A stretch of DNA of 42,749 nt, taken from the NCBI GenBank assembly GCA_018813785.1, contig JAHJAU010000043.1:1-42749 (forward strand), written 5' to 3'. Positions 17,869 to 24,876 of the stretch are shown here, in pieces. Numbering within the stretch: the stretch's first letter is position 1; each line of letters begins with the position of its first letter. A model generated the notes under the pieces. It did no database searches. It was not told the origin of the DNA and was given only the letters and a program-made list of their open reading frames with translations. The position numbers and the translations under genes were made by a program. The stretch is from Patescibacteria group bacterium. GTDB taxonomy: Bacteria; Patescibacteriota; Patescibacteriia; SG8-24.

Positions 17869-18396
17869 ATGAATCGTTCTTTTAAAAAAATGGTTTGGCA
17901 AGCCGTGCTTCGGGGTGGCCCAGGGTCATGCCTGCCGAAATCGCTCCGCCGCGTTTTTGGTCATTTCGTATTGACACAATTTCTACCAACCATCGAACAT
18001 TTGTTTGATGAGCCGATCAACTTTATCAATCTCATGCGATGTGTTTACGCCTATCACCGATTGATGCGTGATGGCGGGCTACTGATCAGGCTGACTGATC
18101 TCTATCTCGGACGTCTCTCAGGAGGCACCAAAGAAACACATTTGGAAATTCTTCAACAGTCGGTGGATCGTGACGTCCAAGCTCTGGAGCCGGTCATTGA
18201 TGATCCGATTGCTTGGCTGTGTCAACACAATCTCACCGAACAAGAAGTGTTGGAAAAATTTCACCTCAACAAATCAATGATTGGTAGCCCGCGTCAGCCC
18301 TCACTGACTATCGGTCAACTACTCACCACCAGACCGCAAGTTATTATGGGTAGTTACACTTGGTTTTTAATTCAGGGCAAAATGGATCTAGAATAA
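17869..18396 (+). CDS. Hypothetical protein, family P (paralog of 24167-24676)
   Basis: ORF track, 175 aa. Shares the blocks L..IEHLFDEP, LEPVIDD......L.Q..LTEQE and LTIGQLL..RPQVI with the 169-aa ORF at 24167. Confidence 0.6.
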   Translation: MNRSFKKMVWQAVLRGGPGSCLPKSLRRVFGHFVLTQFLPTIEHLFDEPINFINLMRCVYAYHRLMRDGGLLIRLTDLYLGRLSGGTKETHLEILQQSVDRDVQALEPVIDDPIAWLCQHNLTEQEVLEKFHLNKSMIGSPRQPSLTIGQLLTTRPQVIMGSYTWFLIQGKMDLE

Positions 18397-18401
18397 AAAA
18401 A

Positions 18402-18418
18402 GCCCCAACTTCTGGGGC
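18402..18418. terminator. Bidirectional terminator between convergent genes
   Basis: GCCCCA-ACTTC-TGGGGC flanked by an A-run on the left and a T-run on the right. Confidence 0.6.
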
Positions 18419-18421
18419 GTT

Positions 18422-18973
18422 TTATTTTGCTTTATTGGAGAGATCGCTCCAATGTGTAATGTAGTCAACGAGCGGCCAGAGTCCCCGAGCGAGAACCTCC
18501 TGGCGGGAATGCTGACCCCTGGTCAGAAAAGAATGTGGATCGACTGGGCTGCACTTATTAGGATGACGTTTGGCCAGCACCTGACCGATAGTCACCTGAT
18601 CGATACCCCGTCGCAGAACTTCTTCGACCACATCCGCCGGAATATCTACCGGATCAGTGAAAAAGATGTGAGTGGAACTGCTTTGACCAGGCAGAATCAG
18701 ACGAATAACTGCCAGATCAGCCCAGCCACCAACTTGTTCGATGATGCCATTCTCGATGCCGACAACAAAACTGTTTGGTCGTTGCCGTTGCGCCTGCTGA
18801 GCCCGGTGCAATGCACCTTGACCAGTCATGATGTAACCGACCGGCTGCTGTGGCACATTCGATTCAACTGCAACACCTGTGACTTTCGCCACCAGTCCCC
18901 GCTCTGCACAAGCTTGGCGTACCGCAGTCAACTTGAGCTCGCTTAGGGTTCCCACCACGATCGATACGGTCAT
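18422..18973 (-). CDS. YjjX-like inosine/xanthosine triphosphatase (NTPase_I-T family)
   Basis: ORF track, 203 aa, trimmed to Met 21 (MTVSIVVGT...; GGAG SD 9 nt upstream). VAVESNVPQQPVG and GIENGI match the E. coli YjjX blocks VAVESGVPEQPFG and AIEAGI as I recall them. Confidence 0.7.
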   Translation of the reverse strand: MTVSIVVGTLSELKLTAVRQACAERGLVAKVTGVAVESNVPQQPVGYIMTGQGALHRAQQAQRQRPNSFVVGIENGIIEQVGGWADLAVIRLILPGQSSSTHIFFTDPVDIPADVVEEVLRRGIDQVTIGQVLAKRHPNKCSPVDPHSFLTRGQHSRQEVLARGLWPLVDYITHWSDLSNKAK

Positions 18974-18977
18974 TTGC

Positions 18978-19214
18978 TCACTCCGTCGTCTGAGAGTCTT
19001 CAGTGGAAACATCCATTTCGTATTCCAGGCCAACGATAATCATGTGCTGTGGCATGAGAATCCCAGGGGAAACAAGCCCTTGATAGTCGATTGACCCCTC
19101 AATCCACCAATCGATAACTCGAATCTTTTCACCCAGTTCATCTTGGGCTGCAGACTGAACCACCTCATTATCTACGCCGGTATTCTTAAAACAGATCCAA
19201 GTCTTCAAAACCAT
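18978..19214 (-). CDS. Hypothetical 78-aa protein, closely spaced with the NTPase gene
   Basis: ORF track. AAGGAG SD. Its stop lies 4 nt before the NTPase ATG. Confidence 0.5.
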   Translation of the reverse strand: MVLKTWICFKNTGVDNEVVQSAAQDELGEKIRVIDWWIEGSIDYQGLVSPGILMPQHMIIVGLEYEMDVSTEDSQTTE

Positions 19215-19344
19215 GCCAGACTCCTTTCCTTTCTATCTCAATTTAAAAGAGCCCTTTACCTTATTACTTTTTAAGGCCTGTGTCAAGCCAAAATCAAGGA
19301 ACGCCTCAAGGGGAACGCCTCTTGATTTTCAACCCGAATCGCAT

Positions 19345-19432
19345 AAAAAGCCCACCTTCGAGTGTAGCTGCAGAGATAAACTCTGCCCATCCGATTGAAA
19401 TAACGATGGGCGAAGGCAAGCTCCGCAGCTAC
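19345..19432 (-). ncRNA. Structured RNA element (attenuator-like or small RNA), unclassified
   Basis: Three helices on the minus strand. GTAGCTGCGGAG/CTCTGCAGCTAC has 1 G-U. GCTTGCCTTCG/CGAAGGTGGGC has 3 G-U and is followed by TTTTT. GCCCATC/GATGGGC is a hairpin. All four G-U pairs become A-C on the plus strand. Confidence 0.4.
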
Positions 19433-19532
19433 GTGATTAATAAGAGTACAGTAACTTTTAGATTGATGCGCTTCTGGTCAATCAAGCCAAAAAACGGTAG
19501 AATTCCGACCATAAATAGCCTGAATTGAATCT

Positions 19533-20660
19533 ATGAATCTATCTGATATATTATGCGCGGCAATAATTGTGGCCTTGGCAACTTTACTGGTCGCCGTGCT
19601 GATCATCATCATTCACCGTCGGCAGAAAGTTAATATCACCTCACCTAATATCGCCTTCTTACCATTGGTGGTGTGTTTGCTTGGTATTTTATTTGTATTG
19701 GCTCTACTGCTCAGCAAGTGGCCAAGTAAATCAATTGAACCACTAACTGAACCGCCCGCCCAAAAATCGTCTGCTGCGGAACCATCTTTGCCAGCAATCA
19801 TACCGTCACCGTTAAACTGTATCAGTCGTGATCAATCTAATAACGATTCGGGGCGTTTTTATATTAAAAAAGATATTTGTCTCACTGGCCTGCAACAGGC
19901 TGACGACTCGATCACAACGGAATTACAAACAATCGAAAAAACTTTCCTAAAAGATATTAATGAGCCCGACCTGTTGGCTTTGAGTCGACAGTTTGCTCTT
20001 GATTTGAACACACGAGAATTTACCTTCACTCGTCAGCCATACATTCAAAGTGTCTTGCTAACTATTTACCGCAACGTTGGCGGCGCACATCCGAATTTGG
20101 AATACCGAACCTGGACTTATGATCGGGCCACCGATCGTCTGATTGATCTCGAATTACTGTTCCAGGCCGAACACAATCCCCTGCCAACGATTTACTCCTT
20201 GGTGAAAGAACAACTTCTGCAGTCTGAATATGCGGACGAACGATTGATTGACTTGGGCACCGGCGACAAACAAATCGATCATTATCGTAATTTTATCGTC
20301 AGTGGTGATGATCTGGTGTTCTACTTTGAACCGGGTACAGTGGCCGCCAGTGCTACCGGACCACAAGAAGTACACTTGTCACTCACTGATCTGCAGGCAT
20401 TATTGCGACCACCATTTTTAAATTTGTCAGCTGTTTATGGTGATTCCGAGCCGCCGCGGACGTTAGATTATGAAACAACGGCCTCATCCTGTTCAGACAG
20501 TGACGGAACTTGGCTGAACGATTATTACGAGTGCGAATATATCAGTCGTGATTGGTGCGAGCAGTGGTCGGGTCGCTTTAATGACTGTGCTTCAGCCTGT
20601 CGCCACGATCCAACAGCCGAACTTTGCACATTACAATGTGTGCCGGTGTGTCGATTGTAA
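19533..20660 (+). CDS. Membrane-anchored DUF3298/RsiV-like domain protein with Cys-rich C-terminal module
   Basis: ORF track, 375 aa. Two N-terminal TM helices. The NVGGAHPN...Y...D...L pattern resembles DUF3298. There are 8 Cys in the last ~57 residues. Confidence 0.55.
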   Translation: MNLSDILCAAIIVALATLLVAVLIIIIHRRQKVNITSPNIAFLPLVVCLLGILFVLALLLSKWPSKSIEPLTEPPAQKSSAAEPSLPAIIPSPLNCISRDQSNNDSGRFYIKKDICLTGLQQADDSITTELQTIEKTFLKDINEPDLLALSRQFALDLNTREFTFTRQPYIQSVLLTIYRNVGGAHPNLEYRTWTYDRATDRLIDLELLFQAEHNPLPTIYSLVKEQLLQSEYADERLIDLGTGDKQIDHYRNFIVSGDDLVFYFEPGTVAASATGPQEVHLSLTDLQALLRPPFLNLSAVYGDSEPPRTLDYETTASSCSDSDGTWLNDYYECEYISRDWCEQWSGRFNDCASACRHDPTAELCTLQCVPVCRL

Positions 20661-20687
20661 AAAATTCCAACTACAATAAATAAATTT

Positions 20688-20707
20688 CCCCGGGCTTACG
20701 CCCGGGG
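20688..20707. repeat. IS200-type subterminal hairpin (right end)
   Basis: ccccgggcttacgcccgggg, identical to 21200-21219. Confidence 0.8.
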
Positions 20708-20713
20708 TATTTT

Positions 20714-21148
20714 TTACCATACAAGCTTCGCTTGTCCTTTGTCTTCCTGGCCTTGTCGCTGGATGTACCGCCTGACAGCGCGCTCGTCGTGATCGGACGT
20801 TGAGATGAAATAGCCGTCCGACCAGAAGCCCAAGTTCTCGTGTTCATACATTTTAGACAAGAAAGGAAAACGTTTCTTCATCGCCCGCGCGCTGTTCGTC
20901 TTGAGCAGGCGCACTGCGTCGCTGACCGACACCCTCGGCGGTATCGAGGCGAGGATGTGGATGTGATCCTCATCCGTGTTTATCTCCAGAATCTCAATGT
21001 CGGGATATGTCCTGGTCACGTTCAGGAGTACCGCCTTGGCGTACTCGCCTAAGCTACCGCGGAGGACATTCCTGCGGTACTTGGTCACGAACACCAGATG
21101 ATATCTAGTGTGATAAGTGCAGTGCGCCTGTCGTCTGTACTCTTCCAT
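20714..21148 (-). CDS. tnpA: IS200/IS605-family Y1 (HUH) transposase
   Basis: ORF track, 144 aa. CTYHTRYHLVFVTKYRR, the HUH motif DHIHIL, and a C-terminal catalytic-Tyr region RRYIQRQ. Confidence 0.9.
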   Translation of the reverse strand: MEEYRRQAHCTYHTRYHLVFVTKYRRNVLRGSLGEYAKAVLLNVTRTYPDIEILEINTDEDHIHILASIPPRVSVSDAVRLLKTNSARAMKKRFPFLSKMYEHENLGFWSDGYFISTSDHDERAVRRYIQRQGQEDKGQAKLVW

Positions 21149-21199
21149 AGTCCACGACCTTACCGCAGGACGGCCAGGAAGACAAAGGGCGACAAGGAA

Positions 21200-21219
21200 C
21201 CCCGGGCTTACGCCCGGGG
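21200..21219. repeat. IS200-type subterminal hairpin (left end)
   Basis: ccccgggcttacgcccgggg, identical to 20688-20707. Confidence 0.8.
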
Positions 21220-21231
21220 ATTTGCAGGCAT

Positions 21232-21258
21232 AAAAAACCAGACATCTTATGTCTGGTT
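21232..21258 (-). terminator. Rho-independent terminator after ABC exporter 2
   Basis: Minus-strand hairpin AACCAGACAT-AAG-ATGTCTGGTT followed by TTTTTT. The IS200-type element abuts it. Confidence 0.65.
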
Positions 21259-21265
21259 TTCTGAA

Positions 21266-23140
21266 TTAAGAAATGACCTGAATTCCCTGATCGTCAGCCA
21301 AGCGACGAAAGGTGGCTGACCGTGGGTACAGTTCCTCGAATGAGAAACTGATGCACTCAACTTGCTGTTCTCCGATCGTCAGATCCTCAATTGCCCGCAG
21401 AACCACAAACTTGGAACAAAGTTCACGCACCGTTGATAGTCGATGAGTTACCACCAACGCTGATACATCTGGACCGAGCAATTTTTGCAGACCGTCCTGC
21501 ACCGCTCTTTCGGTCGTTGAGTCGAGCGAGCTGGTCGCCTCATCAATCACCATAAAACGTGGTTTCTTCAGCACTGCCGCACCGATCATCAATCGCTGAG
21601 CCTGACCGCCAGAAAGTCTGATGCCGCGACGTCCGACTACTGTATCTAATCCATCAATCAACCGTTCGCCAAAATCTATTTTCAGCAAACGCATCACGCG
21701 CCACAATTCCTCATCAGTAACCCGAACCCGCTCCTCGTCCGACAGACCATACAACAAATTGTATCGAATCGTACCATCCAGAACTTGTGACTGTTGAGGA
21801 ATATACCCCACAAGTCGCGTCCAGGATTCCTGCTGAACCTGACGCAAATCAAAGCCGTTCACTAAAATCGCACCGCTGGTCGGGTCAAAAAATCGCTGAA
21901 CCAGTCGCATTAGTGTGGTTTTGCCGGCGCCCGAGTCCCCCAAAAGCGCTACTTTTTCGCCCGGCTCAATCACGAAATTAACATCACTCAGTACATGCAG
22001 ATTCGATTGCTTGCCCTGACCGTAACAATGCGTCACATCAACCAACTCTATCCGCACCGGCTGATCGGCTGACAGTTCAACAGCATTGGTCGCATCAATC
22101 ACATCTGGCTTAGTCGTCAGTGCTCGTTGCAATGAAATCACCGAGGGTAAACTCCAGTTTAGTTTCAATTCCAGATCGCCCAGCTGCCACATCTTGTCGA
22201 CTATCTGCCGCACCCAAGTTACCAACGGGATGAGCAGGCCGATGGTCCAATTGCCCTGAGCAATATTCCAAGCTGAGTAAGCGATGATCGCCAGGGCGGT
22301 CGCTAAATTGATCAGCCCCCGCCAACCGATCATTCGAATAAACCATAACCAAAAATTGCGGTCGCACTTCAACCAATCACCAAAATCGCTCCGCAATCTT
22401 TTTATTTCAGCGATCTCTTTACCGCAAGTTTTTACCCGCTCAATGTTATCCCAACGCTCAACCCGAAAACGATTCACTCGGCGATAAAGAGCGTCAATCG
22501 GTGTGCACTGAACCACCACGTTCCGGTTCAAACAGAGTGACGTAATCAAGTGAATAATTATAAACAAGGTTATCGCCAGTCCAGCCGTTGGAAATACCAC
22601 GCATAGAAACAGAAAAGCCAGGGTTATCTCCAAAAGAGAAACAGCAAAGTTGAAGACTAGATTGGCAGCTACTTCAAAGGCTCGACTACGTCCCTTTTCC
22701 ACGTTCGCTGCGGACAACTCATCTGAATCCTGCATGTGCTGACCGAGAGATTTTTGCATGAACAATTCGGTTGTTCGCACATCTAATCGTTGCTCGACCA
22801 AACCGATCGCCCATTCCCGACAATGCTGAAATACAGTAAACAACCCGTGATGCAACAACATCGAAACACCCAAAGCCAGCAAGGCCCAGATTACGGTGTT
22901 GTAATCATGCTCATTCAAACCGTCTGCAACCCAGCGTAAAGTGAGCGGTTGTAACATACCGAACCCAGCGGCCAAAAAAAGCACGAGCAATCCACGATAA
23001 ACCCATTGTTTAGCTTCGGCGGTAACAAATTCCCGCCAGGCCCAACCGTAGACCCGAAAAGACCGAAGAGAGTCGGCCAAATACTCACGGTAGTTACCGG
23101 CAAGTCGACGTGTTTCCTGCGGATCCTTAGGCATCGTCAT
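21266..23140 (-). CDS. Fused TMD-NBD ABC exporter, paralog 2
   Basis: ORF track, 624 aa. Walker A GDSGAGKTT, signature LSGGQAQRL, Walker B FMVIDEATS. Very similar to paralog 3 across the NBD. Confidence 0.9.
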   Translation of the reverse strand: MTMPKDPQETRRLAGNYREYLADSLRSFRVYGWAWREFVTAEAKQWVYRGLLVLFLAAGFGMLQPLTLRWVADGLNEHDYNTVIWALLALGVSMLLHHGLFTVFQHCREWAIGLVEQRLDVRTTELFMQKSLGQHMQDSDELSAANVEKGRSRAFEVAANLVFNFAVSLLEITLAFLFLCVVFPTAGLAITLFIIIHLITSLCLNRNVVVQCTPIDALYRRVNRFRVERWDNIERVKTCGKEIAEIKRLRSDFGDWLKCDRNFWLWFIRMIGWRGLINLATALAIIAYSAWNIAQGNWTIGLLIPLVTWVRQIVDKMWQLGDLELKLNWSLPSVISLQRALTTKPDVIDATNAVELSADQPVRIELVDVTHCYGQGKQSNLHVLSDVNFVIEPGEKVALLGDSGAGKTTLMRLVQRFFDPTSGAILVNGFDLRQVQQESWTRLVGYIPQQSQVLDGTIRYNLLYGLSDEERVRVTDEELWRVMRLLKIDFGERLIDGLDTVVGRRGIRLSGGQAQRLMIGAAVLKKPRFMVIDEATSSLDSTTERAVQDGLQKLLGPDVSALVVTHRLSTVRELCSKFVVLRAIEDLTIGEQQVECISFSFEELYPRSATFRRLADDQGIQVIS

Positions 23141-23160
23141 CTCCTTTTGAAAGAACTAAA

Positions 23161-23188
23161 GAACCCTGTCCGTTTCCGGACAGGGTTC
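23161..23188 (-). promoter_or_regulatory. Strong hairpin between the 55-aa peptide gene and ABC exporter 2 (possible attenuator or processing site)
   Basis: GAACCCTGTCCG-GAAA-CGGACAGGGTTC, a 12-bp perfect stem, followed by TTTAGTTCTTT on the minus strand. Confidence 0.5.
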
Positions 23189-23209
23189 AGACAATTCAGC
23201 TGAAGTTAA

Positions 23210-23377
23210 TCAACAAAAATTGGCTAAATCTTGGCCGGAAATGGGTCGTGCTGAAAGCACAGCAACGGCACCGGCAACCACCGGGGCAGCATCAACCCGT
23301 GCAACACAAGACAGGCGGCTGATAACAGCTGCTACAGCACCAAACATGATGTCGTTACAAAACCAATACTTTTCCAT
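23210..23377 (-). CDS. Unannotated 55-aa hydrophobic, Cys-containing peptide
   Basis: Below the ORF-track cutoff. My translation is MEKYWFCNDIMFGAVAAVISRLSCVARVDAAPVVAGAVAVLSARPISGQDLANFC. AGGA lies 5 nt upstream of the ATG. It has its own promoter upstream and lies 69 nt upstream of exporter 2. Confidence 0.4.
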   Translation of the reverse strand: MEKYWFCNDIMFGAVAAVISRLSCVARVDAAPVVAGAVAVLSARPISGQDLANFC

Positions 23378-23430
23378 ATTGTTCCTGTCTTAAATTAGTT
23401 AAGTTCCGGCCTTTAGTTTCGGAACTCGAA

Positions 23431-23459
23431 AGATTATCAAAATAAGCTCAGAGCGTCAA
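23431..23459 (-). promoter_or_regulatory. Promoter of the peptide - ABC exporter 2 unit
   Basis: Minus strand: TTGACG - 17 nt - TAATCT. Confidence 0.4.
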
Positions 23460-23470
23460 GCGCTGACATA

Positions 23471-23498
23471 AAAATAAAAATGCCCGCAGAAGCGGACA
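23471..23498 (-). terminator. Terminator after the 132-aa hypothetical gene
   Basis: Minus-strand hairpin GTCCGC-TTCT-GCGGGC followed by ATTTTTATTTTT. Confidence 0.5.
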
Positions 23499-23511
23499 CA
23501 GAAAGAAACGA

Positions 23512-23910
23512 TTAGCCGATCACAATGACCAGTACCGGAGCCAACCGGCTAGTAGGGCTGCACCGACTCGTCAGGCGCAGGGGCAAACGCCCTCCGACCT
23601 CATGATCTTCATCAAGAGTGATCGTAAAGTCCCAGGTAAAACAACCGTCAGACTTCTGACATGACTGGTCATCCAATTGCATCGCATAGATGCCTGGCTT
23701 GATCAGTTGTCGCAGATGTTGAACCAACTTGTTCAAAAAATCACGCGATTCCTGACACGCCGTCCGATAGTCCAGAGTAATCCGCAGTTCCAATCGACCT
23801 GGATCGACGGAAGAAAAATTACCAGAGTTCAGCCGACTATTTTGCAAAGTGCGACAGATCGCTTCCGTGCACTTGGCCATAAAACCAAACTCAGTTCTGG
23901 TCGTCATCAC
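23512..23910 (-). CDS. Hypothetical protein (132 aa)
   Basis: ORF track (133 aa from GTG). I prefer the ATG at 23910, which lies 6 nt after a GGAGG SD. No recognisable domain. Hydrophobic C-terminal tail APVLVIVIG. Confidence 0.5.
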   Translation of the reverse strand: MMTTRTEFGFMAKCTEAICRTLQNSRLNSGNFSSVDPGRLELRITLDYRTACQESRDFLNKLVQHLRQLIKPGIYAMQLDDQSCQKSDGCFTWDFTITLDEDHEVGGRLPLRLTSRCSPTSRLAPVLVIVIG

Positions 23911-24036
23911 CAACCTCCGTGCTCAAAGTTACCAAATTGAACTGCTGTGTGAATTCTGGCTCAATGACAAAATCGAATAGTCATGAAGGTCAAAAATAAC
24001 ATTATTCACGACACTCGTCAACATTTCTAGGGTTGT

Positions 24037-24094
24037 GTCTTTAATGTTTAAAGAAAAAATGGCCTGGTCAGCATAAATACTAAACATTAAAGAC
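24037..24094. promoter_or_regulatory. 14-bp perfect inverted repeat pair in the divergent intergenic region
   Basis: gtctttaatgttta (24037-24050) and taaacattaaagac (24081-24094), 30 nt apart, abutting TTGACT/TTGACC -35-like hexamers upstream of the 24167 gene. Confidence 0.5.
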
Positions 24095-24166
24095 TTGACT
24101 CCACTCCCTGCTTGACCCAAACCAAGAAAAACTCCTAAAGTTCAAGGGTACTTTAAAAGGAGACAC

Positions 24167-24676
24167 GTGGCACAAACAAGAATCAGCGGAAATGATGTCT
24201 GGCAGGTGGTAGAGGGTAACACCCTCATTATGGATGTTCTCCCTACTCCCGATCATCGGGCGGCGATGCAGCTCTATGTAACACGGGACTTGTTGGTGGC
24301 TCTGGAGCATCTTCTGGATCAACCAGCTTCGTTGGCCACCCTGCTGACGGCTCAAATCATCTATGCGCAAACCGCGGTTTCGTCTGGTTTGACGCGAAGA
24401 CTGTCAGCCCTCGATATGGGGGTAACAGAAGACGAAGTTCCCTTCTTCATTGATGACCTGTTGGCCGGCTGGGTCAGGACGGCTGTCAGCATCCTGCAAC
24501 CAATTGCAGACAATTCACCCGGCTGTCTGGAACAACTTGGCACAACTGAACGTGAGCAGCTCGAGGCCACTAACCTCACCGCGGAAAACGTCGAGCGGAT
24601 TCTGAATCGAGAACTCACCATTGCCGACATTCTGTTGATACAGCCGGACGTTATCTTTAATCCGATCGAGCAATAA
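24167..24676 (+). CDS. Hypothetical protein, family P (paralog of 17869-18396)
   Basis: ORF track, 169 aa. GTG start with a GGAG SD. Conserved blocks L..LEHLLDQP, LQPIADN......L.Q..TTERE and LTIADIL..QPDVI. Confidence 0.6.
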   Translation: MAQTRISGNDVWQVVEGNTLIMDVLPTPDHRAAMQLYVTRDLLVALEHLLDQPASLATLLTAQIIYAQTAVSSGLTRRLSALDMGVTEDEVPFFIDDLLAGWVRTAVSILQPIADNSPGCLEQLGTTEREQLEATNLTAENVERILNRELTIADILLIQPDVIFNPIEQ

Positions 24677-24765
24677 CAATCGACGGATCAACACCGGCAA
24701 AACTCTTCTAATGCAACTCTATTATTCCCAGCTCAAGTCACAGCTGATGATCTCCTCAATCACTC

Positions 24766-24795
24766 AACCCGATAACTCATCGGGTTTTATTTTTC
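24766..24795 (+). terminator. Rho-independent terminator after the 24167 gene
   Basis: AACCCGAT-AACTC-ATCGGGTT followed by TTATTTTT. Confidence 0.65.
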
Positions 24796-24835
24796 CGCAC
24801 TTAACTTAATCCGCCGCGCTGATTTTAACAGCAAC

Positions 24836-24860
24836 AAAAAGCTGCCTCTAAAGAGACAGC
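24836..24860 (-). terminator. Terminator after ABC exporter 3
   Basis: Minus-strand hairpin GCTGTCTCT-TT-AGAGGCAGC (one mismatch) followed by TTTTT. Confidence 0.45.
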
Positions 24861-24876
24861 CTGGAAAAATAATCGA

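Larger units (their letters stand above)
20685..21231 (-). mobile_element. Minimal IS200/IS605-family element (tnpA only); boundaries approximate
   Basis: A Y1 HUH transposase ORF is flanked on both sides by the identical hairpin ccccgggc-ttac-gcccgggg on the same strand. A 17-bp inverted repeat (20736-20752 / 21172-21188) lies inside the hairpins. Confidence 0.75.

Noticed and set aside
19213-19528. Plus-strand ORFs of 61 and 82 aa in the 18978/19533 intergenic region
   Set aside because: They have no SD, they overlap the structured element and promoter-like sequences, and their composition is unlike the neighbouring genes.
23677-24370. ORFs 23677-23940(+), 23929-24120(-) and 24080-24370(-)
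   Set aside because: They are antisense to the 132-aa gene or the family-P gene, or they lie across the divergent promoter region and inverted repeats. None has a ribosome-binding site.
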